Shown here in pieces: positions 63,651-64,000 of a DNA stretch of 64,000 bases (the stretch's first letter is position 1; each line of letters opens with the position of its first letter). A program made the translations under genes and the position numbers. Below the pieces are notes generated by a model. It worked only from the letters and a program-made list of their open reading frames with translations, did no database searches and was not told where the DNA came from. The stretch spans positions 1,191,040 through 1,255,039 of the forward strand of contig NC_068989.1 of assembly GCF_001194135.2 (NCBI RefSeq), in the 5' to 3' direction. The stretch is from Octopus bimaculoides. Taxonomy: Eukaryota.

Positions 63651-64000
63651 TAAAAAAATGTAAATTCTTCTTCTTCTAAATGCAACCTTACTCATTCTGT
63701 GATTTTTCTCCCACAGACATCAGTGTTTTCAATTGCATGACCCCCTTCACCTGTTGGCATCTTCAGATGCAAAACCTTGTTGTCCCTTGACGTCTGTGGT
63801 TGAGATCTGGGTGCAACTCCTATAAATTAAAGCAAAACCAAAACATAGCATAATAATAATAATAATAATAATAATAGTAGTAATAATAATAGTCATAATA
63901 ATAATAATAATAATAATAATGTCTGCTAGAGGCACATGGTCCCAAATTTAGAGGAAAGGATGTATAATTGATTAAAGGAAGCTCAATATCTGATGACCTT

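Overview
AT-rich, microsatellite- and SINE-dense animal DNA from a gapped draft assembly with 7 N-runs. The repeat landscape suggests an octopod cephalopod (inference). One intact protein-coding gene can be reconstructed by hand: a 13-coding-exon ZMYND11/BS69 orthologue on the + strand (29784-59490, 2013 nt CDS, 670 aa). All its introns are GT-AG and phase-consistent, and the domain order is winged helix, PHD, bromo, zinc finger, PWWP, acidic tract, coiled coil, MYND. Upstream, on the - strand (about 7145-13250), scattered frame-disrupted segments are colinear with the YLPM1 C-terminal domain and may be an old unprocessed pseudogene. The rest is repeats: several tRNA-derived SINE families, about 20 5'-truncated 3' ends of an RTE LINE (some with a 65-66 bp hairpin array), remnants of an RLE-type non-LTR element, a maT-like mariner fragment, and hAT and Mutator-type MITEs. 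The most notable find is a 478-bp palindromic element (54416-54893) made of two back-to-back units, each with a tRNA-like Pol III head and a minimal hammerhead-ribozyme motif of the Penelope-associated type. Almost all ORFs in the supplied track are microsatellite or repeat artefacts. Family names and homologies come from recalled motifs, not database searches.
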